DNA of 64,000 bases. Origin: a virus. The notes beneath the pieces are model-generated. The model was not told the origin of the DNA and searched no databases. It saw nothing but the letters and a program-made list of their open reading frames with translations. Position 1 is the first letter of the stretch. The number at the start of each line of letters is the position of its first letter. Shown piece by piece: positions 9,709-17,846 of this stretch. The stretch spans positions 1 to 64,000 of the IMG/VR virus record IMGVR_UViG_3300025718_000001. One strand, 5' to 3'. Both the position numbers and the translations under genes were made by a program.

Positions 9709-10472
9709 TTTACACCTAATTTCCTAGTTGGTTTTTCTGCTTATTTAAGTTTAAAAAAACGTCAATAAACCAACTTTATTAAAAGTGTATCAATCCCTTG
9801 CGGGAGTAGGTCTAAGGTATACTTACCTAACTTTATTCATGCAAAGATACAAAGGAAGTACTTACGGCTATCTCTACATGGTTGGTTATTTACACAACCC
9901 CTCGTACATGGATTTATATTCAAGGAGGGAGTCGTATTCTTTTGTGGATATGACAATTAGGTTATCCTCATCTGAATATTTGCCGCTGATCATGATTCGT
10001 TCAGCTAGTTCGATAACCTTATTACCCAATGCTTATCAAATCCTTTTTTGTAATTTTTTATTTTTATTTTTTTTTGAAATATGTGTGACTGTTGACTCTA
10101 GATTGTCTGTATATAATATATACACCCGTAGCTCCCTCACCAGCCCAATCTCGTGCCACTTCTCGGGACCCCACCCCCCGGTAGATCAGCTCAGCCAATA
10201 CAGCAACATGGTCCCAGTATTGCCTTAATACCCCTAAGGAAGCAGAAGCCATACCCTATAGTCAAGACAGCACAGCAATGGTCAATGCATCTGATTAGTA
10301 CAGCACAGCGAACCAGACAGTAACGTCAGTATCATAAGGTACACCATTCAGTCCACTTATAGCACTTTTAAAAATGCAGTCATAGCAGGGGTTCCGGCAA
10401 TCATCATCTGTACTATAAGGTTAATAAATGAATTAAGAAACGTTCCATTACCTTCACATACCTTTTGGTACG

Positions 10473-11069
10473 CTAATTATCTGGCTCAATATCTACTATC
10501 TCAGGGCTAGGAAGCTGTGCTCTTTCCATTATTTCGATCATCTTAGTTAGATCAGCATCCGATAGAGTTGCTACCTGGTTAATGAGTAGTGGGCCACCGT
10601 TAGGACCTGTTTGCTCGACTGTCTGGATATCTTTCCAACCATAATTGTTCTTTAGGTTAAAGATAACCCCTGCAACCTGAGTAGTTCTAAGGAGTTGTTC
10701 CTCTAAATATTGCTCAACTCGCTCCTTGGCCTTTTTAAGTGGTTCACTAAACTCATCTCTGCATTCATAATCCAACAAAACTTTTCTACTAACTCCTAAA
10801 TGCCTACACATCCCTAATATACTAGGAATTTCCAAATAATCAGTAACCATCACTTGTCTACCTGCATTATTAAGCCTTGGCACTTTATCAAATAGATCAT
10901 TACCATCATCATCTTTACCAATTACCACAGAATCAAATACAGGCTTAGTAATAGTTATGGTGTTAAAGTAATCATCTATCTCACAAGCTAAGTCATCAAC
11001 TGATTTATATCTTAATGGCCTGCCACCCTCATTACCTAAAGCATATTGATTTCCAAGCGCAGCACCCAT
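10473..11069 (-). CDS. terS: terminase small subunit
   Basis: Family hallmarks GNQYALGNEGGRP, an HTH (LGVSRKVLLDYE) and FNLKNNYGWKD. ATG at 11069 follows GGAGGTGA. Confidence 0.85.
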   Translation of the reverse strand: MGAALGNQYALGNEGGRPLRYKSVDDLACEIDDYFNTITITKPVFDSVVIGKDDDGNDLFDKVPRLNNAGRQVMVTDYLEIPSILGMCRHLGVSRKVLLDYECRDEFSEPLKKAKERVEQYLEEQLLRTTQVAGVIFNLKNNYGWKDIQTVEQTGPNGGPLLINQVATLSDADLTKMIEIMERAQLPSPEIVDIEPDN

Positions 11070-11091
11070 ACCAATCACCTCCACTATCTCA

Positions 11092-11199
11092 CTACTTTAA
11101 ATGCTTAGCCTTGCAATCTTTTGAATCTGCACAGTTAAAGCATCCCAAATCAATACAATGTATCTCGTCGCACCCATTACAACAACAGTCCTTACACAT
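11092..11199 (-). CDS. 35-aa Cys-rich peptide (MCKDCCCNGCDEIHCIDLGCFNCADSKDC...)
   Basis: ATG follows GAGGTG plus 5 nt. Lies immediately upstream of terS. Confidence 0.4.
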   Translation of the reverse strand: MCKDCCCNGCDEIHCIDLGCFNCADSKDCKAKHLK

Positions 11200-11222
11200 C
11201 AGTACACCTCACTATCTAATAA

Positions 11223-11432
11223 CTATCTAATCTCATGAGTTGCCGGTTGTCCACACATAGGACAATACTCGCCATCATCCCAAGTATACATACAACGATT
11301 ACATCCATACTTATTACCAACCGAGTCAATCAGGCTAATAATGCGACTTACTCCATCTTTTGAAACTTTAGGATGTTCTATTTTGTCCCAATCCACATAG
11401 TCGGCAACGCTACCAAGATCAAATGTATCCAT
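11223..11432 (-). CDS. zinc-ribbon protein (69 aa)
   Basis: CNRC...CPMC motif with a strong SD (GAGGGAGG). Confidence 0.6.
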   Translation of the reverse strand: MDTFDLGSVADYVDWDKIEHPKVSKDGVSRIISLIDSVGNKYGCNRCMYTWDDGEYCPMCGQPATHEIR

Positions 11433-11779
11433 CAGTTAACCTCCCTCAATCCCTCACCACAAGCCACCAGATTAAATCTAAGCCCACTAATTAATAAACA
11501 GGTACAATCATACTAATTTACTAACAACTAAGCTCAAACAACATAATCACAACAACGTAACAAACCCTAGTTTAATCATCCCACATCCCTCACGCTTACT
11601 ACATTCCCTGCAATCCGTGAACGAATAACACACCTCCATGTGATCAACTCCCCGAAGCTTTTACTACGCACTAATCCAGGCTAAACGCATCTGCCGCCAT
11701 ACTTTTAGTATCCTATTCCAGTTACATCCGCGCAGTTAAATAAAGGCAAAAATAAATCCAAATAATCTTTAAAAACCTC

Positions 11780-11809
11780 TTGACAACGTACCGCAATTAG
11801 CAGTACAAT
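11780..11809 (+). promoter_or_regulatory. sigma-A-type promoter for the plus-strand island
   Basis: TTGACA (11780-85), 18-nt spacer, TACAAT (11804-09). Confidence 0.6.
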
Positions 11810-11840
11810 ACAAATAACAAATCAAGGGAGGTTAACACAC

Positions 11841-11969
11841 ATGACAAGATCAAAAATGGTTAAATACCTACTAAGAGAAACACGCTACACCATCCACGAG
11901 TTAAGCGCCATGAGCGATGCAACTATCACCCGATACTACAAAGAGGAAAAGGAGTGTAATACTGAATGA
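11841..11969 (+). CDS. 42-aa hypothetical protein
   Basis: ATG follows AAGGGAGG. Its stop overlaps the next ATG (ATGA). Confidence 0.5.
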   Translation: MTRSKMVKYLLRETRYTIHELSAMSDATITRYYKEEKECNTE

Positions 11970-12136
11970 TTAAACCATCCGATAAACCCTACACCGTCGA
12001 AATATTCCAGAACGGAACATATGTCCAGTGGATTTCAACCTATGCACCTTCTCCCAACTCCGCAAGGTTAAAAGCGCTTAGAATGTTTAGGGAGGATAAC
12101 AAAGGTTCTAAAGGGATAACCGCTGTTACTAAATAA
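11966..12136 (+). CDS. 56-aa hypothetical protein
   Basis: Start is translationally coupled to the upstream ORF. Confidence 0.5.
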   Translation: MIKPSDKPYTVEIFQNGTYVQWISTYAPSPNSARLKALRMFREDNKGSKGITAVTK

Positions 12137-12151
12137 GGGGAGGAAATAACA

Positions 12152-12307
12152 ATGAAATCTTACAATCAATTATCTGATATCGAAATGGGATGGGTACAAG
12201 AATACAGAGAATGGTGTAAATGTGATATCCCAGCGCTCGCACTAGAACAGGCCACTCATTACAGAAAACTTCTTGCGAAACATGGATTGGATGCAAGTGA
12301 TTACTAA
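12152..12307 (+). CDS. 51-aa hypothetical protein
   Basis: ATG follows GGGGAGGAA. Confidence 0.5.
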   Translation: MKSYNQLSDIEMGWVQEYREWCKCDIPALALEQATHYRKLLAKHGLDASDY

Positions 12308-12385
12308 GAAGGCTTTTGCCTTCGTCTAGCTCAATCAAACTTGGTTGGTCTAGACGGAAACAAAAACTTGAAAGAAGGAATTAAA

Positions 12386-13525
12386 ATGACAAACCATAAA
12401 TTTAAAATTGGTGACAAGGTAAACTGGACCAACTCAAACAGCGTAAATCTTGGAGTAAGAACGGTAATTGGCCTTGACGAAAGAACAGGCAGACCAACGT
12501 ATTACATTGATCCTATTGATTCGCCATGGTTTTCTGTTGGTGAAGAGGAACTTGAAGAATGCACCGCAGAAAGTATTGAGACAGTTGAACTCATAGAACC
12601 CGTTCAACCCGTAGAAGTCATTGAGATAGTGGAGGAATCAAAGCCCTCTATAGTAACAGTCGAAGCTCCAGCACCAACAATCACTATACAAAACTTAAGC
12701 CTCATCAATGAACAACTAGCCCAACGGTCCAAGGAAAACATGAGTTTTTCCAGCTACACACCAGGCAGCGCAACTCGCGAATTTAACCAGGAGATCGCAG
12801 AAGTTACCACGGCAATCGAAAATGCTAAAACTAAGGTATCTCCTGAAGCGCAAAACAAACTTGATAACCTTCTCTCTTCTTACACCTCCCGATATGCAAG
12901 TTGGACCAACAGACGCAATGCAAACGGCGCAGGCCATGTTAGCGTGATGTTAGCCGGACCTTCCAATTACAATATGAGCAAGCATAACAAGTATCTATCC
13001 AAAGAAGGTAAGTTATGGGCAGAGTATGATGAGTTCAAGGATATCTACAACCGAATATCCTCAATAGTCGCAGGGGATAAGATCATCAAATCCAACGATG
13101 CCAACGCCATCGACAAGCTAAAAGAAAAACTTGCCAACGCTCAAGAAGAACATGCAGAGTACAAAGCATACAACGCCAAAGCCCGCAAAGAGGGAACACC
13201 TCCGCACATGGCCTATGTGCTTCAAAACAGCAACGGCAGGATAAAAGGTATCAAGGACCGCATCGCACACCTTGAACGACTCGCAGCACGTGGAACGCAA
13301 GAAATCGTAGTCGAAGCCGAATCAACCGAAACCGAAGGAATCCGCATAGTTGACAATGTAGAAGCGCATCGCTTACAAATCTTCTTCAACGGCAAGCCCT
13401 CCGCAGAAGTCAGATCCCAGCTGAAGAAAAACGGTTTCAGATGGACTCCAAGTATATCCGCATGGCAAGCATACAGAAGCGACAATGCCAGCAGAGCAGC
13501 GCAGGAAATCGTATCTGCAATGTAA
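12386..13525 (+). CDS. DUF3560-like plasmid/ICE-type protein
   Basis: C-terminus reads RLQIFFNGKPSAEVRSQLKKNGFRWTPSISAWQ, preceded by a coiled coil (NDANAIDKLKEKL). ATG at 12386 follows AAGAAGGAA. Confidence 0.55.
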   Translation: MTNHKFKIGDKVNWTNSNSVNLGVRTVIGLDERTGRPTYYIDPIDSPWFSVGEEELEECTAESIETVELIEPVQPVEVIEIVEESKPSIVTVEAPAPTITIQNLSLINEQLAQRSKENMSFSSYTPGSATREFNQEIAEVTTAIENAKTKVSPEAQNKLDNLLSSYTSRYASWTNRRNANGAGHVSVMLAGPSNYNMSKHNKYLSKEGKLWAEYDEFKDIYNRISSIVAGDKIIKSNDANAIDKLKEKLANAQEEHAEYKAYNAKARKEGTPPHMAYVLQNSNGRIKGIKDRIAHLERLAARGTQEIVVEAESTETEGIRIVDNVEAHRLQIFFNGKPSAEVRSQLKKNGFRWTPSISAWQAYRSDNASRAAQEIVSAM

Positions 13526-13526
13526 T

Positions 13527-13568
13527 TCCACAAGGCTAGCCCGGAGCCAATACCGGGCGAAGGAGGAA
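13527..13568 (+). promoter_or_regulatory. conserved GC hairpin abutting the SD (copy 1)
   Basis: CCACAAGGCTA-GCCCGG-agccaata-CCGGGC-GAAGGAGG. A near-identical element sits at 15037-15079. Confidence 0.5.
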
Positions 13569-13572
13569 AACC

Positions 13573-13818
13573 ATGAATACTGACAAATTAAAGGCCATCT
13601 ACCACACTAAATTCAGCAAGGGTATCAGTCGTAAATCCAACCGTATGGAAATATTGCTTGATAGGGCATGGGAAGCTCGCGATAATCACCCCGTAATGAT
13701 CAGCAATTACACAAGACTAAAAGGACCGACCCCAAAGGACCGCCTAGAACTTAAAGCACTCGGCGAATTAATCAAACTATATCAATCGCTTGCAGGATAC
13801 AGGAAGGTGGCTAGTTAA
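13573..13818 (+). CDS. hypothetical protein (81 aa)
   Basis: ORF with GGAGG plus 6 nt before the ATG. Confidence 0.6.
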   Translation: MNTDKLKAIYHTKFSKGISRKSNRMEILLDRAWEARDNHPVMISNYTRLKGPTPKDRLELKALGELIKLYQSLAGYRKVAS

Positions 13819-13974
13819 ATGGGAACAGCAGAAAAGCCAAGCATTAACGTCCGATGCACGCCAGACGAATACGCGCAAATCACAGAAAAGGCAAAATCCC
13901 ACGGAATGACCATATCCGAGTATGTCCGATTTATCGCACTAAATGCCAAGATCACAGTCAAGGCCACTAAATAA
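13819..13974 (+). CDS. ribbon-helix-helix protein, MobC/CopG-like (51 aa)
   Basis: INVRCTPDEYAQITEKAKSHGMTISEYVRFIAL matches the RHH pattern. ATG is adjacent to the upstream TAA. Confidence 0.55.
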   Translation: MGTAEKPSINVRCTPDEYAQITEKAKSHGMTISEYVRFIALNAKITVKATK

Positions 13975-14053
13975 GTGGTCTTTCTTTTTACCCTCATTTA
14001 AACCCACCATTAGTCCATTAGATATAAATACACCTAAAGGACTAGAACTAAGC

Positions 14054-14224
14054 TTAAAACCCTATCCTACGCCCTGCTAACACCCTTTCCATTTGCTCTC
14101 TCTTCCACCTCTCCACACACTCCACGCTTGATAGTCTAGCGCAATCCGAGCAACCCCGATTAGCGAACAAAACCGCAACCCCAGGTACCCATTGCCTAAG
14201 CTCAAACTTTGCACAAGGCTTCAT
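14054..14224 (-). CDS. 56-aa Cys-containing protein, divergent from the next operon
   Basis: ATG at 14224 follows GGAGGG plus 6 nt. Confidence 0.5.
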   Translation of the reverse strand: MKPCAKFELRQWVPGVAVLFANRGCSDCARLSSVECVERWKREQMERVLAGRRIGF

Positions 14225-14248
14225 TTTGTACCCTCCAAATTGTGTCAA

Positions 14249-14298
14249 ATAATAGTACAATGTAAATGCTTTACAAGTGCGTGCATGCGTGGTAAGAT
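14249..14298. promoter_or_regulatory. back-to-back divergent promoters
   Basis: Plus strand: TTTACA, 17 nt, TAAGAT (14270-98). Minus strand: TTGTAA, 16 nt, TATTAT (14276-49). Inverted repeat TGTAAA/TTTACA lies between. Confidence 0.45.
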
Positions 14299-14361
14299 AA
14301 CATCAATCAAGGAGTTGCTTGCGGAACACAAAGGGGTTCGGAGCGTAAAGGAGTTTTACGA

Positions 14362-14577
14362 ATGAAATACAGTGTAATTATAGACTGCGAAGGAATGACC
14401 ATATCCGAAATACCTGAATTAACTAAGAAGGAAGCCATTAAAACAGCCAAAGCAGAAGCGTCTATTCCCTCAATGGTAGATAGTAAAGTATTTGTAACAT
14501 GGTTTAGGCCATCAGACCAGCAACACGGATACTTAAACAGGGATGGCAACCACGAAATAACAGGGAGGGCTTGGTAA
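14362..14577 (+). CDS. hypothetical protein (71 aa)
   Basis: ORF with SD AAAGGAG. Confidence 0.6.
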   Translation: MKYSVIIDCEGMTISEIPELTKKEAIKTAKAEASIPSMVDSKVFVTWFRPSDQQHGYLNRDGNHEITGRAW

Positions 14578-14578
14578 T

Positions 14579-15034
14579 ATGCAAGTAGGGCTCAATACAC
14601 GCATCGAGCTTGATCTTCGGGTCCGGCTTGATGCTCAGGCCAAAAGAGAAGATCGCCCATTATCTAAGGTAGTAGCCGAAGCGATTGAGCAATACCTAAA
14701 TACGAAGAAGGAAAGCGAAATGAGCAAAGTCCTAAACTTCCCTGCTGATCGAATCGCTAAAGGTGTCCATTCCTACACCCCCGAAATGGGACAGCGCAAG
14801 CCGAACTGCCAAATGAGAGTCACATTAGGCCACTACGGAACGCACTATTATATCGATACCCCGCTCGAACTAAAAAAGGCCAGGGGAATCAAGCTCAGGA
14901 AGCAGTACAAAAGTTCAGACTTAACGGGTCCCGGTCAGTACATGGTCGGTTGGTACAGCTACGAAGTCACCTGCTTAGCCTACGACAGGCTGAAGGAACA
15001 GTATTCCATATCTCGCGAATCGTTATTAGACTAA
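14579..15034 (+). CDS. protein with an N-terminal ribbon-helix-helix domain (151 aa)
   Basis: The N-terminus (IELDLRVRLDAQAKREDRPLSKVVAEAIEQYL) fits the CopG/Arc pattern. Confidence 0.55.
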   Translation: MQVGLNTRIELDLRVRLDAQAKREDRPLSKVVAEAIEQYLNTKKESEMSKVLNFPADRIAKGVHSYTPEMGQRKPNCQMRVTLGHYGTHYYIDTPLELKKARGIKLRKQYKSSDLTGPGQYMVGWYSYEVTCLAYDRLKEQYSISRESLLD

Positions 15035-15036
15035 AT

Positions 15037-15079
15037 CCCACAAGGCCAGCCGGGGACCATAAGCCCGGCGAAGGAGGAA
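15037..15079 (+). promoter_or_regulatory. conserved GC hairpin abutting the SD (copy 2)
   Basis: CCACAAGGCCA-GCCGGG-gaccataag-CCCGGC-GAAGGAGG. Stem change is compensated relative to copy 1. Confidence 0.5.
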
Positions 15080-15092
15080 GGATGTTTTTAAA

Positions 15093-15287
15093 ATGAAATG
15101 TGTTATTGATGCTTTTGTAGAAGATTTAATTAGGGCTCATTCAATCAGAGAAAGTGCTTTTGCTTCTGATCATCTTAATGCCGATTTTGCATCTAAAATA
15201 GAATATTTAGTTAAGCATTATGGTGATTTAACTCTTTCTGATGTTCGTCCTTTGGTTGATGCTTTGGTAAAATTGCGCGGATTTTAA
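15093..15287 (+). CDS. hypothetical protein (64 aa)
   Basis: The ATG lies 15 nt after the SD. It overlaps the stop of a 4-codon mini-ORF (15082-15096, MFLK). Confidence 0.55.
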   Translation: MKCVIDAFVEDLIRAHSIRESAFASDHLNADFASKIEYLVKHYGDLTLSDVRPLVDALVKLRGF

Positions 15288-15315
15288 TTCGAGGATATAA
15301 GGAGGATTAATAACA

Positions 15316-15435
15316 ATGGGTGATGATGATAAATCGAAAATTCGTTTAGTGTGCCAATATGATTCTAGCGAGTTTTGTTCGCTCGATAAATATGACGAAA
15401 GCGTTTGCGAAAGATGCTGTAACTATAATCCATGA
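15316..15435 (+). CDS. 39-aa Cys-rich peptide
   Basis: ATG follows AAGGAGG. Ends at the terminator stem. Confidence 0.45.
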   Translation: MGDDDKSKIRLVCQYDSSEFCSLDKYDESVCERCCNYNP

Positions 15436-15458
15436 GAGCTTAACGGCTCTCTTTTTTT
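15434..15458 (+). terminator. intrinsic terminator closing the plus-strand island
   Basis: GAGAGC-ttaacg-GCTCTC followed by TTTTTTT. Confidence 0.75.
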
Positions 15459-15680
15459 ATACTACAATAACCCCACGATTGTCCTGCTACTACGCATCAT
15501 CCGTCCCAATTCCTCAATCTCATTTTCTCTCCTGCGCCTCGCATTTTCCTCTTTACTGAGACAAACAAAATCGTCAGGGCACCAGCATATACAGCTCATA
15601 CAGGTAGGTTTAATAGATTTATAGGCAGCGATATAATTATGACACACATCAAATCGCCCCTTTTGAACAAAAATAGCATA

Positions 15681-15713
15681 GAAAAATGCGCCCCGACTAA
15701 AACGCAGGACGCA
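15681..15713 (-). terminator. terminator after the late-activator gene
   Basis: Minus strand TGCGTCC...GGGGCGCA followed by TTTTTC. Confidence 0.5.
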
Positions 15714-15801
15714 TTTCCAATATCATTATGATATCACATTAATATCATATCAAGCTTGGAAGTGAGAAACAGAGAACTTTTAAAGAAAAAATAATGATTA
15801 T

Positions 15802-16350
15802 TCAGTTCGCTTTCCTGAAATACAGATATCTTTGAAATAACGGACCAAGAATATGCCATAGAATATCTAGTGATTCCCTATTGATCTTCTTCAACCCATC
15901 GGACTGAATATAAACCCTGCCAACTGAATACTTCTCATTGAACGCTATTTCTATGTTTCGCCACGTCTCCGACTCGAAATACTTTGCTTCGATAATTGTC
16001 CTCTGCTCCTTAGTCAGTGCTTTCAACGCTCCATCGATTTGATCTATCTCTGTAGCCTTAAAGCGCACCTTTGACTTGTCTTCGCCAATCCATTCCTGTA
16101 CCATCTCCTCAGTTACTTCCCTATGCCCCGCTATACGCTCTGTAGGTGACGTTGTAGTCGTTGCGTGTGGCATCCCAGGTATTACACTAATAGAGCTTTC
16201 GAACAGCCATAGCTCCCCGCTTTTTAGTGCCTGTTCCCATACTTCAATTCGTTGTGATGTGGTTATTATTTCGGCTTTATGCTTTTTGTAGAGCTTCAAG
16301 CGTTCTTCGAGTATGTTTTGGGATTCTTTTATCATAGCTATGGCGCTCAC
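15802..16350 (-). CDS. late-gene transcriptional activator (ArpU/RinA or sigma-70 region-4-like)
   Basis: C-terminus LTKEQRTIIEAKYFE...WRNIEIAFNEKY...GLKKINRESLD. It is the last gene of the early operon. Confidence 0.6.
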   Translation of the reverse strand: MSAIAMIKESQNILEERLKLYKKHKAEIITTSQRIEVWEQALKSGELWLFESSISVIPGMPHATTTTSPTERIAGHREVTEEMVQEWIGEDKSKVRFKATEIDQIDGALKALTKEQRTIIEAKYFESETWRNIEIAFNEKYSVGRVYIQSDGLKKINRESLDILWHILGPLFQRYLYFRKAN

Positions 16351-16356
16351 CTCCTA

Positions 16357-16695
16357 CTACAGCGTTTGATTTATTTTATATAACTGCTCTCTGTATTCGT
16401 CAGTATCGAATCCATGACCAAATTTGTGTTTCCTAACCCTCGCCAAGGCCCAATCGCTTCGCCTATGTTTTTTGCCAATCATATAAGTAGATGCCCAAGG
16501 CGTAGCATTAGGACTGAGATAAAAATACAGCGGCAACCATTTTCCATAGCAAGTTAATGGGAGTCTAAAGCAAATATATCCCCATTTCTTAGTCCAATAA
16601 GTCACTCCCCAGTGCATTGCGTTCCTTCCAAATATAGTTAAGTTACCGATACTTATATGCCCGCCTAGGAACTTTTCAATAAATCTATCAAACAT
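16357..16695 (-). CDS. hypothetical protein (112 aa)
   Basis: ATG at 16695 follows GGGGGA plus 8 nt and overlaps the upstream stop. Confidence 0.6.
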   Translation of the reverse strand: MFDRFIEKFLGGHISIGNLTIFGRNAMHWGVTYWTKKWGYICFRLPLTCYGKWLPLYFYLSPNATPWASTYMIGKKHRRSDWALARVRKHKFGHGFDTDEYREQLYKINQTL

Positions 16696-17110
16696 TTGGT
16701 TCATCCCCCAAGCTCTTAATGTCGAACACAATTCCCCTACACCATTTATTATCTTCCTCGTCCATTATCTCAAATGTTGCGTGAGGTATTTCCGTGTCAT
16801 ATGTCCAAGCGAAACCTTCTTCGCTATCATCCCAACTAATATCAATCAGTTTGTACTTTTCCTTCGCCAATACAGAGTGCGAACATTCACAATCGCACTC
16901 TTCGAATAGTCCATGCTCGTCAAGGTGCATTTCTCCACCGTTATAGCAACCTACGGAATCTTCAATGGCTCCGCAAAGATATGCCCCATCGTCAGAGTAT
17001 CCAAAGATAACCACGAACCCTAGCGATTTTGCCTGCTCTCTTTCCTCGTGTGTTATCTCATTATCTATACCCCGACCATCCAGCATCTTAGCAAATTCTT
17101 CTATTGTCAT
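16688..17110 (-). CDS. hypothetical acidic Cys-containing protein (140 aa)
   Basis: ORF in an operon context. Confidence 0.6.
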   Translation of the reverse strand: MTIEEFAKMLDGRGIDNEITHEEREQAKSLGFVVIFGYSDDGAYLCGAIEDSVGCYNGGEMHLDEHGLFEECDCECSHSVLAKEKYKLIDISWDDSEEGFAWTYDTEIPHATFEIMDEEDNKWCRGIVFDIKSLGDEPNV

Positions 17111-17115
17111 CTCTA

Positions 17116-17358
17116 TTACCTTCCCTTTCTATTGCGCATAATCCCGAATACCGCAACAACACACACTACCAATATTCCCAATATCAAACTACCCCATAGT
17201 GGAGCCGTAACCCACAACCAACTCCATGTAATCACGCCCATTAATTTAAGCGTAATGAAAACTATTGCCAGTAATCCAAGGAAACCAATTCCACCGCTTG
17301 AACTATTATTTTTACTCATTTCTCTTTCCTTCTCTCTTCTGTAATCTCTATAGAACAT
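17116..17358 (-). CDS. two-TM membrane protein (80 aa)
   Basis: ATG at 17358 follows GAGGGAGGGA plus 6 nt. Two hydrophobic helices with a WSWLWV motif. Confidence 0.6.
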   Translation of the reverse strand: MFYRDYRREKEREMSKNNSSSGGIGFLGLLAIVFITLKLMGVITWSWLWVTAPLWGSLILGILVVCVVAVFGIMRNRKGR

Positions 17359-17372
17359 TTTAAATCCCTCCC

Positions 17373-17450
17373 TCATCTCTTCTCATTCCAACTCAAAAAC
17401 CCAATCAGCGCAAACAATCCTATAAAGCAAACGGCATCAGACCAATTCAT
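17373..17450 (-). CDS. 25-aa single-TM peptide
   Basis: ATG follows GGAGG plus 6 nt (MNWSDAVCFIGLFALIGFLSWNEKR). Confidence 0.3.
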   Translation of the reverse strand: MNWSDAVCFIGLFALIGFLSWNEKR

Positions 17451-17583
17451 TCTTTTCCTCCAATAAATCAATCGCGCTTTGTATCTGAATTTCCACCATT
17501 TCAAGCATGATTAACCCAACCTTGCGTACATTATCGCAATTAATCAGCGCACATTCTAACATCTCCGCAACTTCATTTTTCAT
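17437..17583 (-). CDS. 48-aa hypothetical protein
   Basis: ATG shares the TAATG junction with the upstream stop. Confidence 0.4.
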   Translation of the reverse strand: MKNEVAEMLECALINCDNVRKVGLIMLEMVEIQIQSAIDLLEEKNELV

Positions 17584-17846
17584 TATTTTCCATCCTCCTT
17601 CAACCCTAACCCAATATCACTCAATAGCCCCTCGATTTCTTCAATTCCTCTTCTGTTCATCCTACGTACAGAAGCAAGGTCAGCCCAGCTAAGTTGCACC
17701 AAATCCCCTACAGTGACTATCCCAGCTCTTCTCAGAATGTTATACGTGCGAACGGTTGTGTCAAGCTCTATGATTGACTTAGCCAGCAGCGCTTTCCTGT
17801 CGTTGCCCTTTTTACTTAGGAGGGTTTTGATCTTTTGTATTAGCAT
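17583..17846 (-). CDS. standalone RNA polymerase alpha-subunit C-terminal-domain (alpha-CTD) homologue
   Basis: IELDTTVRTYNILRRAGIVTVGDLV...VRRMNRRGIEEIEGLLSDIGLGLKED parallels RpoA CTD ([20 protein letters not shown]...LGLGL). Confidence 0.8.
   Translation of the reverse strand: MLIQKIKTLLSKKGNDRKALLAKSIIELDTTVRTYNILRRAGIVTVGDLVQLSWADLASVRRMNRRGIEEIEGLLSDIGLGLKEDGK

Noticed and set aside
9785-10252. 147-aa plus-strand ORF and 62-aa minus-strand ORF in the terS-terL gap
   Set aside because: Neither has a convincing SD, the sequences look odd, and the plus ORF crosses a long A/T tract. I treated the region as noncoding, but this is uncertain.
15462-15647. 61-aa Cys-rich minus-strand ORF between the ArpU terminator and the plus-strand island terminator
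   Set aside because: It has a GTG start with only a weak G-run upstream and no promoter after the terminator at 15681-713. It is possibly real but unsupported.
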